Source: Solirubrobacteraceae bacterium (GTDB lineage Bacteria; Actinomycetota; Thermoleophilia; Solirubrobacterales; Solirubrobacteraceae). From it: DNA of 64,000 bases. Of the stretch, positions 9,838 through 20,721 are shown piece by piece (position 1 is the stretch's first letter; each line of letters begins with the position of its first letter). The DNA is taken from contig DASZGH010000084.1 of assembly GCA_035938935.1 (NCBI GenBank), forward strand, positions 10,731 through 74,730, read 5' to 3'. The position numbers and the translations under genes are program-made. The notes under the pieces are model-generated. The model was given only the letters and a program-made list of their open reading frames with translations, was not told the origin of the DNA and ran no database searches.

Positions 9838-10541
9838 GCACGCTTGAGCTACGGAGCGTTGTCAAGCGCTATGAGGGCGGTGGCGAGACGGTTCATGCGG
9901 TCGATGGGGTTTCGCTCACCGTCGAGTCGGGGGAGTTCGTGGCTCTGTACGGGCCAAGCGGCTCGGGCAAGACCACCCTCTTGATGTTGGCCGCGACGAT
10001 CAAGCTGCCTGACGCCGGCTCGGTCGTGTTCGGCAACCAGGAGCTGACCTGCCTGAGCGGCGACGAGCGCGCAAGATTCCGGCTTGAGAAGACGGGCATC
10101 GTCTTTCAGTCGTTTCACCTATCGCGTGGCGCGACCGCGCTTGAAAATGCGTGCATGAAGTTGTTTGCCACGGACGTGACGATCCGGCAAGCACGGGATA
10201 TGGCTCGGCCGTGGCTCGAGCGGTTGGGCCTTGGGGATCGTCTGGATCGCCGGCCGCCTGAAATGTCGATGGGGGAGCGTCAGCGAGTGGCTATTGCCCG
10301 AGCGCTGGCGAACAAACCGAGCATGTTGCTCGCCGATGAGCCGACCGGCAACCTCGATACCCGCCGCAGCCGGGAAGTCTTGGAGCTGCTGAGAGAGATT
10401 TGTGTCGAGGAGCGCATACCGGTCGTGCTGGTGACACATGACCCGCAGGCCACGGCCTATGTCAATCGCGTGCATACGCTGTGCGACGGCAAGCTCACGG
10501 ACGGCCTAGACCTCGATCTGCAAGTCCCGGTCTTGGGATGA
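9834..10541 (+). CDS. ABC transporter ATP-binding protein (LolD/MacB type)
   Basis: GPSGSGKTT, MSMGERQRVAIARAL, LLADEPTGNLD, VTHD. Confidence 0.92.
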   Translation: MSTLELRSVVKRYEGGGETVHAVDGVSLTVESGEFVALYGPSGSGKTTLLMLAATIKLPDAGSVVFGNQELTCLSGDERARFRLEKTGIVFQSFHLSRGATALENACMKLFATDVTIRQARDMARPWLERLGLGDRLDRRPPEMSMGERQRVAIARALANKPSMLLADEPTGNLDTRRSREVLELLREICVEERIPVVLVTHDPQATAYVNRVHTLCDGKLTDGLDLDLQVPVLG

Positions 10542-13111
10542 GACGCGCACCGCGCATCCCTACACGACCGCGCATCCTGGGGATGACGCCGGCCGGTTTG
10601 TACGCGCTCTACCGAGTGCATTGGCACACCAATCGCGGCTCCGAGCTGATGGCCGGCGCCGGCATCGCCATTGGCGTGTCGCTGGTGTTCGGCGTCCTGG
10701 TCGCCAACAGCAGCATCCTGGGATCGACTCGCGAAGCGATCAACGCCGTCAACGGTTCGGCGTCGCTTGCCCTTGTTGCGCGCTCGCCGGGGGGAGTCGA
10801 TCAGCAGCTCGCGCAGCGTGCCTCGGAACTGCCAGGCGTACAGACGGCCGTGCCGATCCTGCGCCAGAGCGCCGTCATCGAGGGGCCAAGAGGACACATG
10901 CTGGCGCAGCTCGTCGGCGTCAGTCCGCTCATCGTCAGCTTGCGTGGGGCGGCGGTCAAAGACCTTGGTGCTGGCGCGCGGCTGCTGGAAAACGGGGTCG
11001 GGTTGCCGTCGAGCGTGGCGGAAGCGGTCGGCGTCCAAGCCGAAGACAACGCGCGGCTGCTCGTCAACGGCAGCCCACATCTGCTTCGCGTGCAAGCAGT
11101 CCTCGACGCAGGCGCTATCGGTTCGCTGGCGTCGAGCCGGGTGGTCGTGATGCTCCTGGGCAATGCGCAGACGCTTGCCGGTATGCCGGGGCGCGTGACC
11201 CAAGTGCTCGTCAAAACGTATCCGGGTCGCGATAAGCAAGTCGAAGCTGAGTTGCAGCACTTGGCGGGAGGACGAGTCAATGTCGAGCCGGCCAACCACG
11301 AAATTGCGTTGGCCGAAACCGCCCTGACACCGACGAATCAGTCAACGAGCCTGTTTGCGGCGATCTCACTGATGGTTGGCTTTCTGCTGGCGTTCAACGC
11401 CATGCTGCTGACCATGCCCGACCGCCGCTGGCACATGGCGGAACTGCGCGAACAGACGTATACGTCGCGTCAAATCGTTGCCATCCTTGGTTCCCAGGCG
11501 CTTGTCCTGGGGATCGCGGCCTCCGTTGTCGGTGTGCTGGTCGGCTATGTCCTTGCCCGCACCGTCTTTGGGGCGGTGCCGAGCTACTTGGCGACGACGT
11601 TCCCGATCACCGGGCGTCAGTTAGTCAGCATCGTGCCGGTGATCGTCGCCTTCGCCTGCGGGGTGCTGGCGGCCTTCATGGCGGCGATGTCGCCGATCTT
11701 GGACTTGCGCAAGTACCGCGACGTTGACGCGATGATGAGCGAGCCGGGCGAGCCGGGCCAAAACATCACTGGCGAGATAGTGCGCGGGGTGGCTCTGCTG
11801 GGCGTGGCGATCGTGGTCGCCGCTACGCTCATGGTGCTGCTGGACTCGGGGTTGACCATCCTGGGCGGAGTGGCGCTCGCGCTCGCCACGCCTTGTTTCG
11901 TTCCCCTACTTTTTCGTGCAGCAACCGGCGTGCTCGGCTACGTCGCCCACAATTACCATGGGAAAATGTTGGCGGTGGCGGATATCGAATTGAAAGCGAC
12001 CGCCACTCGCTCGGTGGCGCTGGCGTGTATCACGGCGCTGGCGATCTACGGCTCCATCGCCGTCGGCGGGGCGCGCAGCGACCTGATCCACGGACTCGAC
12101 CAGGGCATATCGCAGCAGTGGCATTCGGCGGCGATTTGGATAACGCCGAACGAAAACATTCACGACACTGATAGCTTCGAGGCGCCTGGGGTGGCGTCGG
12201 TGGTTTCACGCACGGCCGGGATCGCGGCAGTCAGCGCCCGGCAGGGCTCCTTCTTGGACGTTGGCTCACACCGGCTTTGGGTACGCGCTGCACCCCCTGG
12301 CAACCCGGCGATGATCCTCTCTAGCCAACTTGAAGATGGCGCGCTCGCTCGCGCAGAGGCTCTGATGCGCCGACCCGGCTGGGCGACCGTATCGAGCGGC
12401 TTTGCTTCCGAACACGGGTTGCGGGTTGGTAGGTCGTTCACGTTGCCGACGCCATCGGGCGTCGTGCCGTTTCGTGTCGCGGCGATCACCACGAACATCG
12501 GATGGCCGCCTGGCACGATCACGCTCAACACCACGGACTACAGCCGCTATTGGCAGAGCGCCAACCCGACAACCCTAGCCGTCGATGTGAGGCCAGGCAC
12601 CATCCCCGCGGCGGGCGTGCGGGCCATCCGTCAGGCGCTCGGACCACGGACGGGGCTACGGGTGCAGACGGCCGACGAACGAATCGCCGAGGTGGAGGCG
12701 ACAGCGCGGCAGGGTCTGAGCATCCTCAACGACGTGTCCAACCTGCTGCTGCTGATCTCGGCCCTGGCGCTCGCCGCTGCGCTGACGGCGACGATCTATC
12801 AGAGACGCGGCCGGCTCGCCTCGCTCAAGGCTCAGGGCTATGTGCGCTGGCAGCTTTGGCGCGGCGTGCTGCTTGAGAGTGCCGTCGTGCTCGGGATCGG
12901 CTGTCTGGACGGCGCGATTCTCGGGTTGTACGGACACGCACTAGCAGACCACTATCTGCGCACAAATACAGGCTTTCCGGCACCGTTCAACATCGGCCTG
13001 GCGCAAATTGCGCTCACGCTGGTGATCGTCGCCGGAGCATCGCTGGTGGTCATCTCAATTCCGGGCTATTCGGCCGCTGGCATTGCCCCCGAGCTGAGCT
13101 TTCAGGAATGA
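10538..13111 (+). CDS. FtsX/MacB-like ABC permease (two repeats)
   Basis: Two sets of TM + large extracytoplasmic domain + 3 TM; ATGA overlap with the ATPase stop. Confidence 0.88.
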   Translation: MRRAPRIPTRPRILGMTPAGLYALYRVHWHTNRGSELMAGAGIAIGVSLVFGVLVANSSILGSTREAINAVNGSASLALVARSPGGVDQQLAQRASELPGVQTAVPILRQSAVIEGPRGHMLAQLVGVSPLIVSLRGAAVKDLGAGARLLENGVGLPSSVAEAVGVQAEDNARLLVNGSPHLLRVQAVLDAGAIGSLASSRVVVMLLGNAQTLAGMPGRVTQVLVKTYPGRDKQVEAELQHLAGGRVNVEPANHEIALAETALTPTNQSTSLFAAISLMVGFLLAFNAMLLTMPDRRWHMAELREQTYTSRQIVAILGSQALVLGIAASVVGVLVGYVLARTVFGAVPSYLATTFPITGRQLVSIVPVIVAFACGVLAAFMAAMSPILDLRKYRDVDAMMSEPGEPGQNITGEIVRGVALLGVAIVVAATLMVLLDSGLTILGGVALALATPCFVPLLFRAATGVLGYVAHNYHGKMLAVADIELKATATRSVALACITALAIYGSIAVGGARSDLIHGLDQGISQQWHSAAIWITPNENIHDTDSFEAPGVASVVSRTAGIAAVSARQGSFLDVGSHRLWVRAAPPGNPAMILSSQLEDGALARAEALMRRPGWATVSSGFASEHGLRVGRSFTLPTPSGVVPFRVAAITTNIGWPPGTITLNTTDYSRYWQSANPTTLAVDVRPGTIPAAGVRAIRQALGPRTGLRVQTADERIAEVEATARQGLSILNDVSNLLLLISALALAAALTATIYQRRGRLASLKAQGYVRWQLWRGVLLESAVVLGIGCLDGAILGLYGHALADHYLRTNTGFPAPFNIGLAQIALTLVIVAGASLVVISIPGYSAAGIAPELSFQE

Positions 13112-13159
13112 CCAGCCGAGCCGTGCGGCAGGCCGGGTACACACGCCACGCTGTTCGCT

Positions 13160-14248
13160 GTGAGATCTTCAACCGCGCGCAGTGTCGTCGCCTTCGTCTC
13201 GGCTGCCCGCCGTTACTGGCTTGGTGTCTTTCCGGTCGTCCGGCACGAGATTCGCCGGCTACACCGCTGTGCGCGTGGCATCCCCGACCCGGCGCTGCGC
13301 GCGCTGGCCTTCGACGCGCAGAAACGCAAGTGGGCAAGCCTTGAGGGCGCGGCGGCGTTCGCTGTCTTCACTCCCCGCTTAGGCCGCTTCTCCCTTGCCC
13401 GCCTGCTGGTTGACCTCCAAGGTGTCTTCGACTACGCCGACACGCTCATGGAGCAACCGAGTCGCTTTCCGGTCGCCAATGCTCGCCAGTTGCACAACGC
13501 CTTTGTTGTCGCCCTGCAACCCGAGCTGCCGCACGCTGACTACTACCGGCATCACGCGCAGCGTGACGACGGCGGCTACCTCGTCGAGCTGATCGACGGC
13601 TGCCGGGCGGCGATCTGCGCCCTGCCGTCCTACGCCGTCGTGGCAGATGTCGTGCTGCGTCATGCCTGGCGCATCGTCTTCTACCAGAGTCGGATCAACC
13701 TGGCGACCGCTGGCGATCATCCGGCGCTCGCCCGCTGGGCCAGCAAACAGCCGGCCGGCTCGCAGCTCAAGTGGTGGGAGCTGGGCGCGGCATGCGGCTC
13801 GTCGCTGGCGATCTTCGCGCACCTGGCGGCTGCCTCCGATCCAACCTTGACGCAGCGGGAGGTTGAGGCCATCGAGGCGCTGTACTGGCCGTGGGCCGAG
13901 GCGCTGCACATCATGCTCGACAGCCTCATCGACCGCGCCGAAGACTGCGCGACTGACCAGCTCAACCTACTCGACTACTACGCCTCGCAGGATGAAATGG
14001 TCGAACGGCTCGGCCTGTTGGCCTGCGAGATGGTCAGGCGGGCGGAGGCCGTGCCGCCGCATCATCGACTGATCCTGGCGGCAATGGTGGCGCTGTACCT
14101 TTCCGACGAGCAGGCGTGGACTCCCTCGGCTCGTCCGGCTACCGAACGCATCTTGGAAGCCACTGGCACGTTTGCCCGCCCGGCGCTGTTGCTACTGCGT
14201 CTGCGGCGCATGGCGCTCAGGTCCGAGCGAAATCTGATCGCGGCATAG
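13160..14248 (+). CDS. Tetraprenyl-beta-curcumene synthase (YtpB/DUF2600)-family terpene synthase
   Basis: FDYADTLMEQP acidic motif, DDGGYLVEL, WWELGAACGSSL, LHIMLDSLIDRAED, QLNLLDYY. Confidence 0.8.
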   Translation: MRSSTARSVVAFVSAARRYWLGVFPVVRHEIRRLHRCARGIPDPALRALAFDAQKRKWASLEGAAAFAVFTPRLGRFSLARLLVDLQGVFDYADTLMEQPSRFPVANARQLHNAFVVALQPELPHADYYRHHAQRDDGGYLVELIDGCRAAICALPSYAVVADVVLRHAWRIVFYQSRINLATAGDHPALARWASKQPAGSQLKWWELGAACGSSLAIFAHLAAASDPTLTQREVEAIEALYWPWAEALHIMLDSLIDRAEDCATDQLNLLDYYASQDEMVERLGLLACEMVRRAEAVPPHHRLILAAMVALYLSDEQAWTPSARPATERILEATGTFARPALLLLRLRRMALRSERNLIAA

Positions 14249-14307
14249 CCGCGTTGGGACTAGGGGCAGCGTAGCCTTTCCAAAGACTGAGACGCACTCC
14301 ATCATGC

Positions 14308-14583
14308 GTGGGCATGACGACAGATGGAGACAGCGAGAAACCGTCAGTCCGCCTCGGCCTTGAGGCGCTAGCGCAGTTCGAGAGCGCCGACGTCGAGCTC
14401 GACGGAACCGCCATCGGGCGACTGACGGGCGTGTCCTGCTCCACGGCGCGGGACTGCCTGGCTGACCTCTCGCGCTTTGGGTACGTCGTCGCCGGGGAGG
14501 ACGGGGGATATCGGCTGGTGGGGGACTCGCCGGGCGCACACGCTCGCCGTGATGGGGGCAGCTCGGCCGGCGCGTCGGCGTGA
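14308..14583 (+). CDS. Stand-alone IclR-type winged HTH protein
   Basis: SVRLGLEALAQF...IGRLTGVSCSTARDCLADLSRFGYV...GYRL. Confidence 0.65.
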   Translation: MGMTTDGDSEKPSVRLGLEALAQFESADVELDGTAIGRLTGVSCSTARDCLADLSRFGYVVAGEDGGYRLVGDSPGAHARRDGGSSAGASA

Positions 14584-15404
14584 GCCGAGCACCCTCTCAC
14601 AGCGGCAACGGTGGCAAGCGACAACCGCCTCATTCGACGCTGCTACGGCAGCCGCAGCCGTCGAAGTCATTGCAGGCGGCGATGGCGATTCCGCTCGTGT
14701 TCGCCCGACCCAGCCGAGCGTGCGGCGCGGCGGAAATGGCCGATCTCATCCGCCTCAGACCGGGCCGCGTCTTCGCGCGGCTCGGTCAGCCGCACCTATC
14801 CAGCGACGTGCTGGCGACGCGCCTTGCCGATCCCGGTGGCTCGTTGACTGCTGCGATGCAGAGGACGGAGCCGGTCCGAGAAGTCCTCGAGGAGCTATTC
14901 GAGGCGACCGGCTACACGGTCTGTATGGGCGCGCTCAATGACCGCAGCGTCGCCTACCTTCATCGACTCTACGGGCGTGACCGCGCTCAGCGTTTCATCA
15001 ATCAGGAAGTGAGTCTTGGCTCGCGCGCCCCGCTCTACTGCACGGCGCTCGGCAAGGCGCTGCTGGCGAGCTTGTCCGAGCCGTGGCGTCGCCGTCTACT
15101 GTCGCAAATCGACTTCATTCCGCAGGGGCCGCGCTCGTATGCCGCGGCGGATGAGCTGCTGGCCGAGCTGGCGACTTTGGATGACCAGGAGCCGGTCGTC
15201 AGCGATGAGGAGTACATCGCCGGCGCGCGCTCTATCGCGGTGTGCGTGCAGCGAACGCGTGACGAGCAGCCCATCGCCATTGACGTGACTGTGCCCGTCG
15301 AGGACTTCACGGTTCAAGAGCTGGTTGAGATGGTCGGGCCAAGTGTGAAGTACGCCGCGAACCGCATTGCGCAGATCGAGGCCAAAGGGCTACAGACCGA
15401 CTAG
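14580..15404 (+). CDS. IclR-family regulator with divergent HTH
   Basis: C-terminal effector domain GSRAPLYCTALGKALLA...DEEYIAGARSIAV; weak N-terminal SKSLQAAMAI...GAAEMAD. Confidence 0.8.
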   Translation: MSRAPSHSGNGGKRQPPHSTLLRQPQPSKSLQAAMAIPLVFARPSRACGAAEMADLIRLRPGRVFARLGQPHLSSDVLATRLADPGGSLTAAMQRTEPVREVLEELFEATGYTVCMGALNDRSVAYLHRLYGRDRAQRFINQEVSLGSRAPLYCTALGKALLASLSEPWRRRLLSQIDFIPQGPRSYAAADELLAELATLDDQEPVVSDEEYIAGARSIAVCVQRTRDEQPIAIDVTVPVEDFTVQELVEMVGPSVKYAANRIAQIEAKGLQTD

Positions 15405-15468
15405 CCGCGCCGGAACTAACGTCGGCATAGCCTTTTCACCAGCTTTCATCTGAGGCACGATCCAGCGC

Positions 15469-15966
15469 GTGACGAGCAAGGGGGACGCACCGAAAACGAT
15501 CGAGGCGCTTGACGCGGACGTGCTTCGCGCCCGCCGATCCGTAATCCTTGCCAAGCGGCGGGCGCGCAAACTCGCCAAACCGCTCTACATCAACACTAAG
15601 GCCGCGTGGCAAGGCGGGGTGGCCGGGCTAGCGTATGTCAGTGCCTCGCTCGGCGACCGCACAGCCCTGGTCGCCTGCGGTGGCCAGACCGAGGCGGAAC
15701 ACCATGCGCTGCTCATGGCGATGGTGGACGCCGAGGAATGCGAGCTGCCCGGCAATATCGAGTTCCGCTTGGACTCAGGCACCCTGGCCGATCTCGACGC
15801 CGGCCGGACACCCGAGCTGGTCGAGCTACGCAAACGGGTGATCGACATGCTTGCCCGCCATCCAGCGTGGAGATTGGAGTGGGTTGAGCGACGACGGAAC
15901 TGGATCGCCAGTGCTCCGGCACGACGGACGCTGAGTCAATGGGAGAACCACGCGGATGGGAGCTAA
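15469..15966 (+). CDS. RNase H-like fold protein, probably degenerate
   Basis: YINTKA...GLAYV, TEAEHHAL, EFRLDS, LEWVERRRN pattern parallels RNase HI. Confidence 0.55.
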   Translation: MTSKGDAPKTIEALDADVLRARRSVILAKRRARKLAKPLYINTKAAWQGGVAGLAYVSASLGDRTALVACGGQTEAEHHALLMAMVDAEECELPGNIEFRLDSGTLADLDAGRTPELVELRKRVIDMLARHPAWRLEWVERRRNWIASAPARRTLSQWENHADGS

Positions 15967-16030
15967 GGCTTCCTCGCTGCTCGACCTGGACGATGAGCAG
16001 AAACATCTTTCGCTAGTGTTCGATACCAGA

Positions 16031-16597
16031 ATGCGCCGCGCGCTCAGAACGGTTGCCGCAAGCCTCTTCGTGCTGAGCCTCGCCGGGGTGGCCGTAGCCG
16101 CCGAAACCGTCTCGGTCCACGTTCAACGCCGACTCTCAGTACGCAAGAACGTTCATGTCACGTTCCACGCACGGTCCCTGCCCGAAGGCGGCTACTACTA
16201 CGCGGTGATCGTGCTGAGGCCCTACAAGAAATACACGCAAACTCTGCCGCCACCCTGCGCGACGTCAAGCGACATGCAGCGCACGGACTACGGCTACCCA
16301 CAACCGAGCGGAGAAGTGGCACTGGCGCTCACGCCGGCCAAGTCCCGCACTGGGCATTGGTGTCCAGGCGGCCACTATCTCGGCGGGATCTACGCGGTTC
16401 CCCATGCGCCGCCTTGCGAAAGTGCCTATCCCTGTCACAGCGAACCGTACAAAGAACCCTGCGCTGGCGTTGCGCCCGGTTGCGTCGAGGGCGTCGTGGC
16501 GCGTCCAAAGGAATGGGCGTACCCCGAGGGCCTGCCGGGGCCACGAGTAAGTGGAACGACCATAGTCGGGTGCTTCGCCGTCAACTTCCATCCATAA
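16031..16597 (+). CDS. Secreted Cys/Pro-rich hypothetical protein
   Basis: Signal peptide MRRALRTVAASLFVLSLAGVAVAA; 7 Cys in mature part. Confidence 0.6.
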   Translation: MRRALRTVAASLFVLSLAGVAVAAETVSVHVQRRLSVRKNVHVTFHARSLPEGGYYYAVIVLRPYKKYTQTLPPPCATSSDMQRTDYGYPQPSGEVALALTPAKSRTGHWCPGGHYLGGIYAVPHAPPCESAYPCHSEPYKEPCAGVAPGCVEGVVARPKEWAYPEGLPGPRVSGTTIVGCFAVNFHP

Positions 16598-16622
16598 CCC
16601 CCCGGTTGGGTATGCTGCACCC

Positions 16623-16979
16623 GTGGCTTCCCCATCTCCGGTCATAACCAACCGCGAACGCCAACCCGGCGGCTGCCAGACCCCGCTCGTCGAGCCGGAC
16701 CTCTCAGCCGCCGAGGCCGCCCACCTGGCAACCCTCGCAAAGGCGCTGGCCGACCCAACCCGCCTACGGATCGTCGACGCTCTGCGCAAGGCCACCCCCG
16801 AGGCCGTCTGCCAGTGCGAGCTGCTGCCGCTGTTCGGCATCTCACAAGCGGCGCTTGCCAAACACCTGAAGGTGCTGATCGGCACCGGCCTGATCGGCGT
16901 CGAGCGGCGAGGGCTGTGGACCTACTACTTCGTCTCCGGAGAACCCCGCTGGGGGGAGCTTAGAGCGTGGCTGGACTGA
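16623..16979 (+). CDS. arsR: ArsR/SmtB-family repressor
   Basis: KALADPTRLRI, CQCEL, SKHLKVL-like helix, ERRGLWTYY; first gene of ars operon. Confidence 0.85.
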   Translation: MASPSPVITNRERQPGGCQTPLVEPDLSAAEAAHLATLAKALADPTRLRIVDALRKATPEAVCQCELLPLFGISQAALAKHLKVLIGTGLIGVERRGLWTYYFVSGEPRWGELRAWLD

Positions 16980-17019
16980 GCCCCACCGGCCGGATCGAAA
17001 CGCGCCGGAGCCACCTACG

Positions 17020-17760
17020 GTGACGCAGGCGCCCGACCTAGTGCGCCGCGCCGGCGCCGAGGCGCTCGGCGCCTTCGCGCTCGTGTTCGCCGGCTGCGGA
17101 GCAATCGTCACCGACGCCCACACCCACGGCACCCTCGGCGCGGTGGGCGTCAGTCTCGTGTTCGGGCTGGTGATCCTCGCCGCGATCGCCGCACTCGGGC
17201 ACGTCTCCGGGGCCCACTTCAATCCCGCCGTCACGCTCAGCTTCTTCCTCACACGCCACCTCCCCGGCCGCGATGCGCTCGCCTACCTGGCCGGACAGCT
17301 GGCCGGCGCCGTGCTCGCCGCGCTGCTGCTGTGGGCGATCTGGCCTGCGCAACCGGCCGACCTCGGCGCGACGGTGCCGAGCATCGCGGCCGGCCGCGCC
17401 GTGATTTTGGAGTGCGTGATGAGCGGGCTGTTGATGCTCGTGATCATCAGCGTCGCCACCGACACCCGCGCCGTCGGCGCTCCGGCCGCGCTCGCGATCG
17501 GGGCGACGATCGCGCTCGACGCGCTGTTCGGCGGACCGCTGACGGGAGCCTCGATGAACCCCGCGCGCTCGTTCGCGCCCGCGCTTGTGTCCGGCCAGTG
17601 GCGAGACTTCTGGGTGTACCTCGCCGGCCCGCTCATAGGCGCTCCCCTCGGCGCGCTGGCATACCAGCTCGTACGCGGCGAGCACCCTGGCCCGGCGCCA
17701 GCCGTGAGCGTCTCTGCGCCCGCGGCGAGCGTCTCGGTGTGCGCCGCCGAGGAAGCGTAG
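17020..17760 (+). CDS. MIP/aquaporin channel (arsenite efflux, AqpS-like)
   Basis: SGAHFNPAVT and SMNPARS NPA motifs; lies between arsR and arsC. Confidence 0.9.
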   Translation: MTQAPDLVRRAGAEALGAFALVFAGCGAIVTDAHTHGTLGAVGVSLVFGLVILAAIAALGHVSGAHFNPAVTLSFFLTRHLPGRDALAYLAGQLAGAVLAALLLWAIWPAQPADLGATVPSIAAGRAVILECVMSGLLMLVIISVATDTRAVGAPAALAIGATIALDALFGGPLTGASMNPARSFAPALVSGQWRDFWVYLAGPLIGAPLGALAYQLVRGEHPGPAPAVSVSAPAASVSVCAAEEA

Positions 17761-18231
17761 ATGGCCACCGTGCTGTTCGTCTGCCTGCACAACGCGGGAC
17801 GCTCGCAGATGAGCGCCGCGCTGCTGGAGCGCGAGTCCGCGGGTCGCCACATCGCTCTCTCCGCGGGCACGACACCCGCCGAGCGGGTCCACCCCGAGGT
17901 CGTCGAGGTGATGCGCGAGCTGGACATCGACCTGTCCGAGCGCCGCCCGCAACTGCTCACGCGCGAGCTTGCCGAGCAGGCGAACGTAGTTGTGACGATG
18001 GGCTGTGGAGACGAGTGCCCTTACATACCGGGCAAGCTCTACCTCGACTGGGACCTACCCGACCCGAAGGGCCGTCCGCTTGCCGAGGTTCGAGCGACCC
18101 GCGAGCAGATCGCGTCCAGAGTCCGCGCCCTCGTCAGTGAACTCGACGCGCCTGGGCGAACGTCACTAGTCGCGCCCGGTCCTCGTCCCACAGCTTCAGC
18201 GCAACAGCGCGGAGGCCGTCCCACAAGCTGA
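17761..18231 (+). CDS. arsC: Arsenate reductase, LMW-PTP fold
   Basis: CLHNAGRSQM P-loop, GCGDECP, DWDLPDP. Confidence 0.88.
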   Translation: MATVLFVCLHNAGRSQMSAALLERESAGRHIALSAGTTPAERVHPEVVEVMRELDIDLSERRPQLLTRELAEQANVVVTMGCGDECPYIPGKLYLDWDLPDPKGRPLAEVRATREQIASRVRALVSELDAPGRTSLVAPGPRPTASAQQRGGRPTS

Positions 18232-19216
18232 GCGTCGGCACGGCTTGGAAGACCGCGTTCTCCTCGTGGGCGCGGCGCAGGTTGTAGTTGGGGATGCGCG
18301 CGTTGAGGTGGTGGACGTGGTGGTAGCCGATGTTCCCGGTGGCGAAGCGAAGCGGCGCGGGCAGCTTCAGGTATGAGCTTCCGCGCAGCGCGGCGTCCGC
18401 GTAGTTCCATTTCTGGCCGCTCTCCCAGTAGGCGTCCTCGAACTGGTGCTGGACGTAGAACAGCCAGATCCCGATCGATCCGGCCATCAGGGCAGGCGGG
18501 CCTAGCACGAGCAGGTAGTCGCGCCAGCCGATCAGCCAGCACAGGCCACCGATGATCGCTGCGAGGGCCAGATCGGTGCCGATCACGCTGCGGCGCATGC
18601 GCGGACGCGCGTCGCGGGCGACGATGCGCGGGCCGACGATCATCGCGACGATCGGGCCCAAGCCGAACATGATCAGCGGGTTGCGCAGCAGCCGGTAGCC
18701 GAGCCGACGGCGCCACGGCAGCGCGCGATATTCGCTCACGGTCAGCGTGCGAATGTCACCCGTGCCGCGACGGTCGAGGTCGCCGGAGCTGGCGTGATGC
18801 ACGGCGTGGTCGTGGCGCCAGCGCACGAACGGCGAGTAGATCATCAGGCCCGTGAGAACTCCCAGCCACGCGTTGGCGCGCCGCGAGTGCAGGAACGAGC
18901 CATGCGTGCAGTCGTGAAAGACGATGAACGTCCGCACCAGGCAGACGGCCGCCGGGACGGCCACGGCGAGAGCCAGTAGGTAGGAGACTCCGAGCAGGTA
19001 GTAGATCGCGACCGACAGGCCAAGATACGGCAGAACGGATGTCGCCAGACACAGCAAGGCCCGCCGCCCGTCGGGCCTTGCATATGGCGCTAGCCGCTCG
19101 CGCCAAGCCGCGTGGTCGATTCGCTCGGCGCGAGCTACCACAGACCCGCTGCGAGGCTCGGCGCAGTCGGCGAGCCGCTCGCTTTGCGACACTGCGACGG
19201 ACGGCTCCCCTGGCAT
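18134..19216 (-). CDS. Fatty acid desaturase (Bacillus Des-like)
   Basis: His boxes HDCTH, HAVHH, HHVHH; start position approximate. Confidence 0.88.
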   Translation of the reverse strand: MPGEPSVAVSQSERLADCAEPRSGSVVARAERIDHAAWRERLAPYARPDGRRALLCLATSVLPYLGLSVAIYYLLGVSYLLALAVAVPAAVCLVRTFIVFHDCTHGSFLHSRRANAWLGVLTGLMIYSPFVRWRHDHAVHHASSGDLDRRGTGDIRTLTVSEYRALPWRRRLGYRLLRNPLIMFGLGPIVAMIVGPRIVARDARPRMRRSVIGTDLALAAIIGGLCWLIGWRDYLLVLGPPALMAGSIGIWLFYVQHQFEDAYWESGQKWNYADAALRGSSYLKLPAPLRFATGNIGYHHVHHLNARIPNYNLRRAHEENAVFQAVPTLSLWDGLRAVALKLWDEDRARLVTFAQARRVH

Positions 19217-19229
19217 GCGCTGTTCGCCC

Positions 19230-20528
<1,299 letters not shown>

Positions 20529-20721
20529 TAACTGCTCCTTTGGCTGCGCAATGGCTCCGCGCACGATTCGGAGGCTATGGCCGACCCGAACCGTTGCAAG
20601 CGGGACTCAAGCGAGCTGCCTCGTGGCCGAAGATCGACCACTGTCCGTGAAAGCTAGCAGATCGCCTGCACATCCGGTGAAGATGCCCCGCCTGCACACG
20701 CCGTTGCTCACGCTAAGCTGA

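Noticed and set aside
15401-15416. Partial match to the tRNA-Ala 3' end as a possible attR
   Set aside because: Inverted orientation, only 13 of 16 identical, and no integrase; probably chance.
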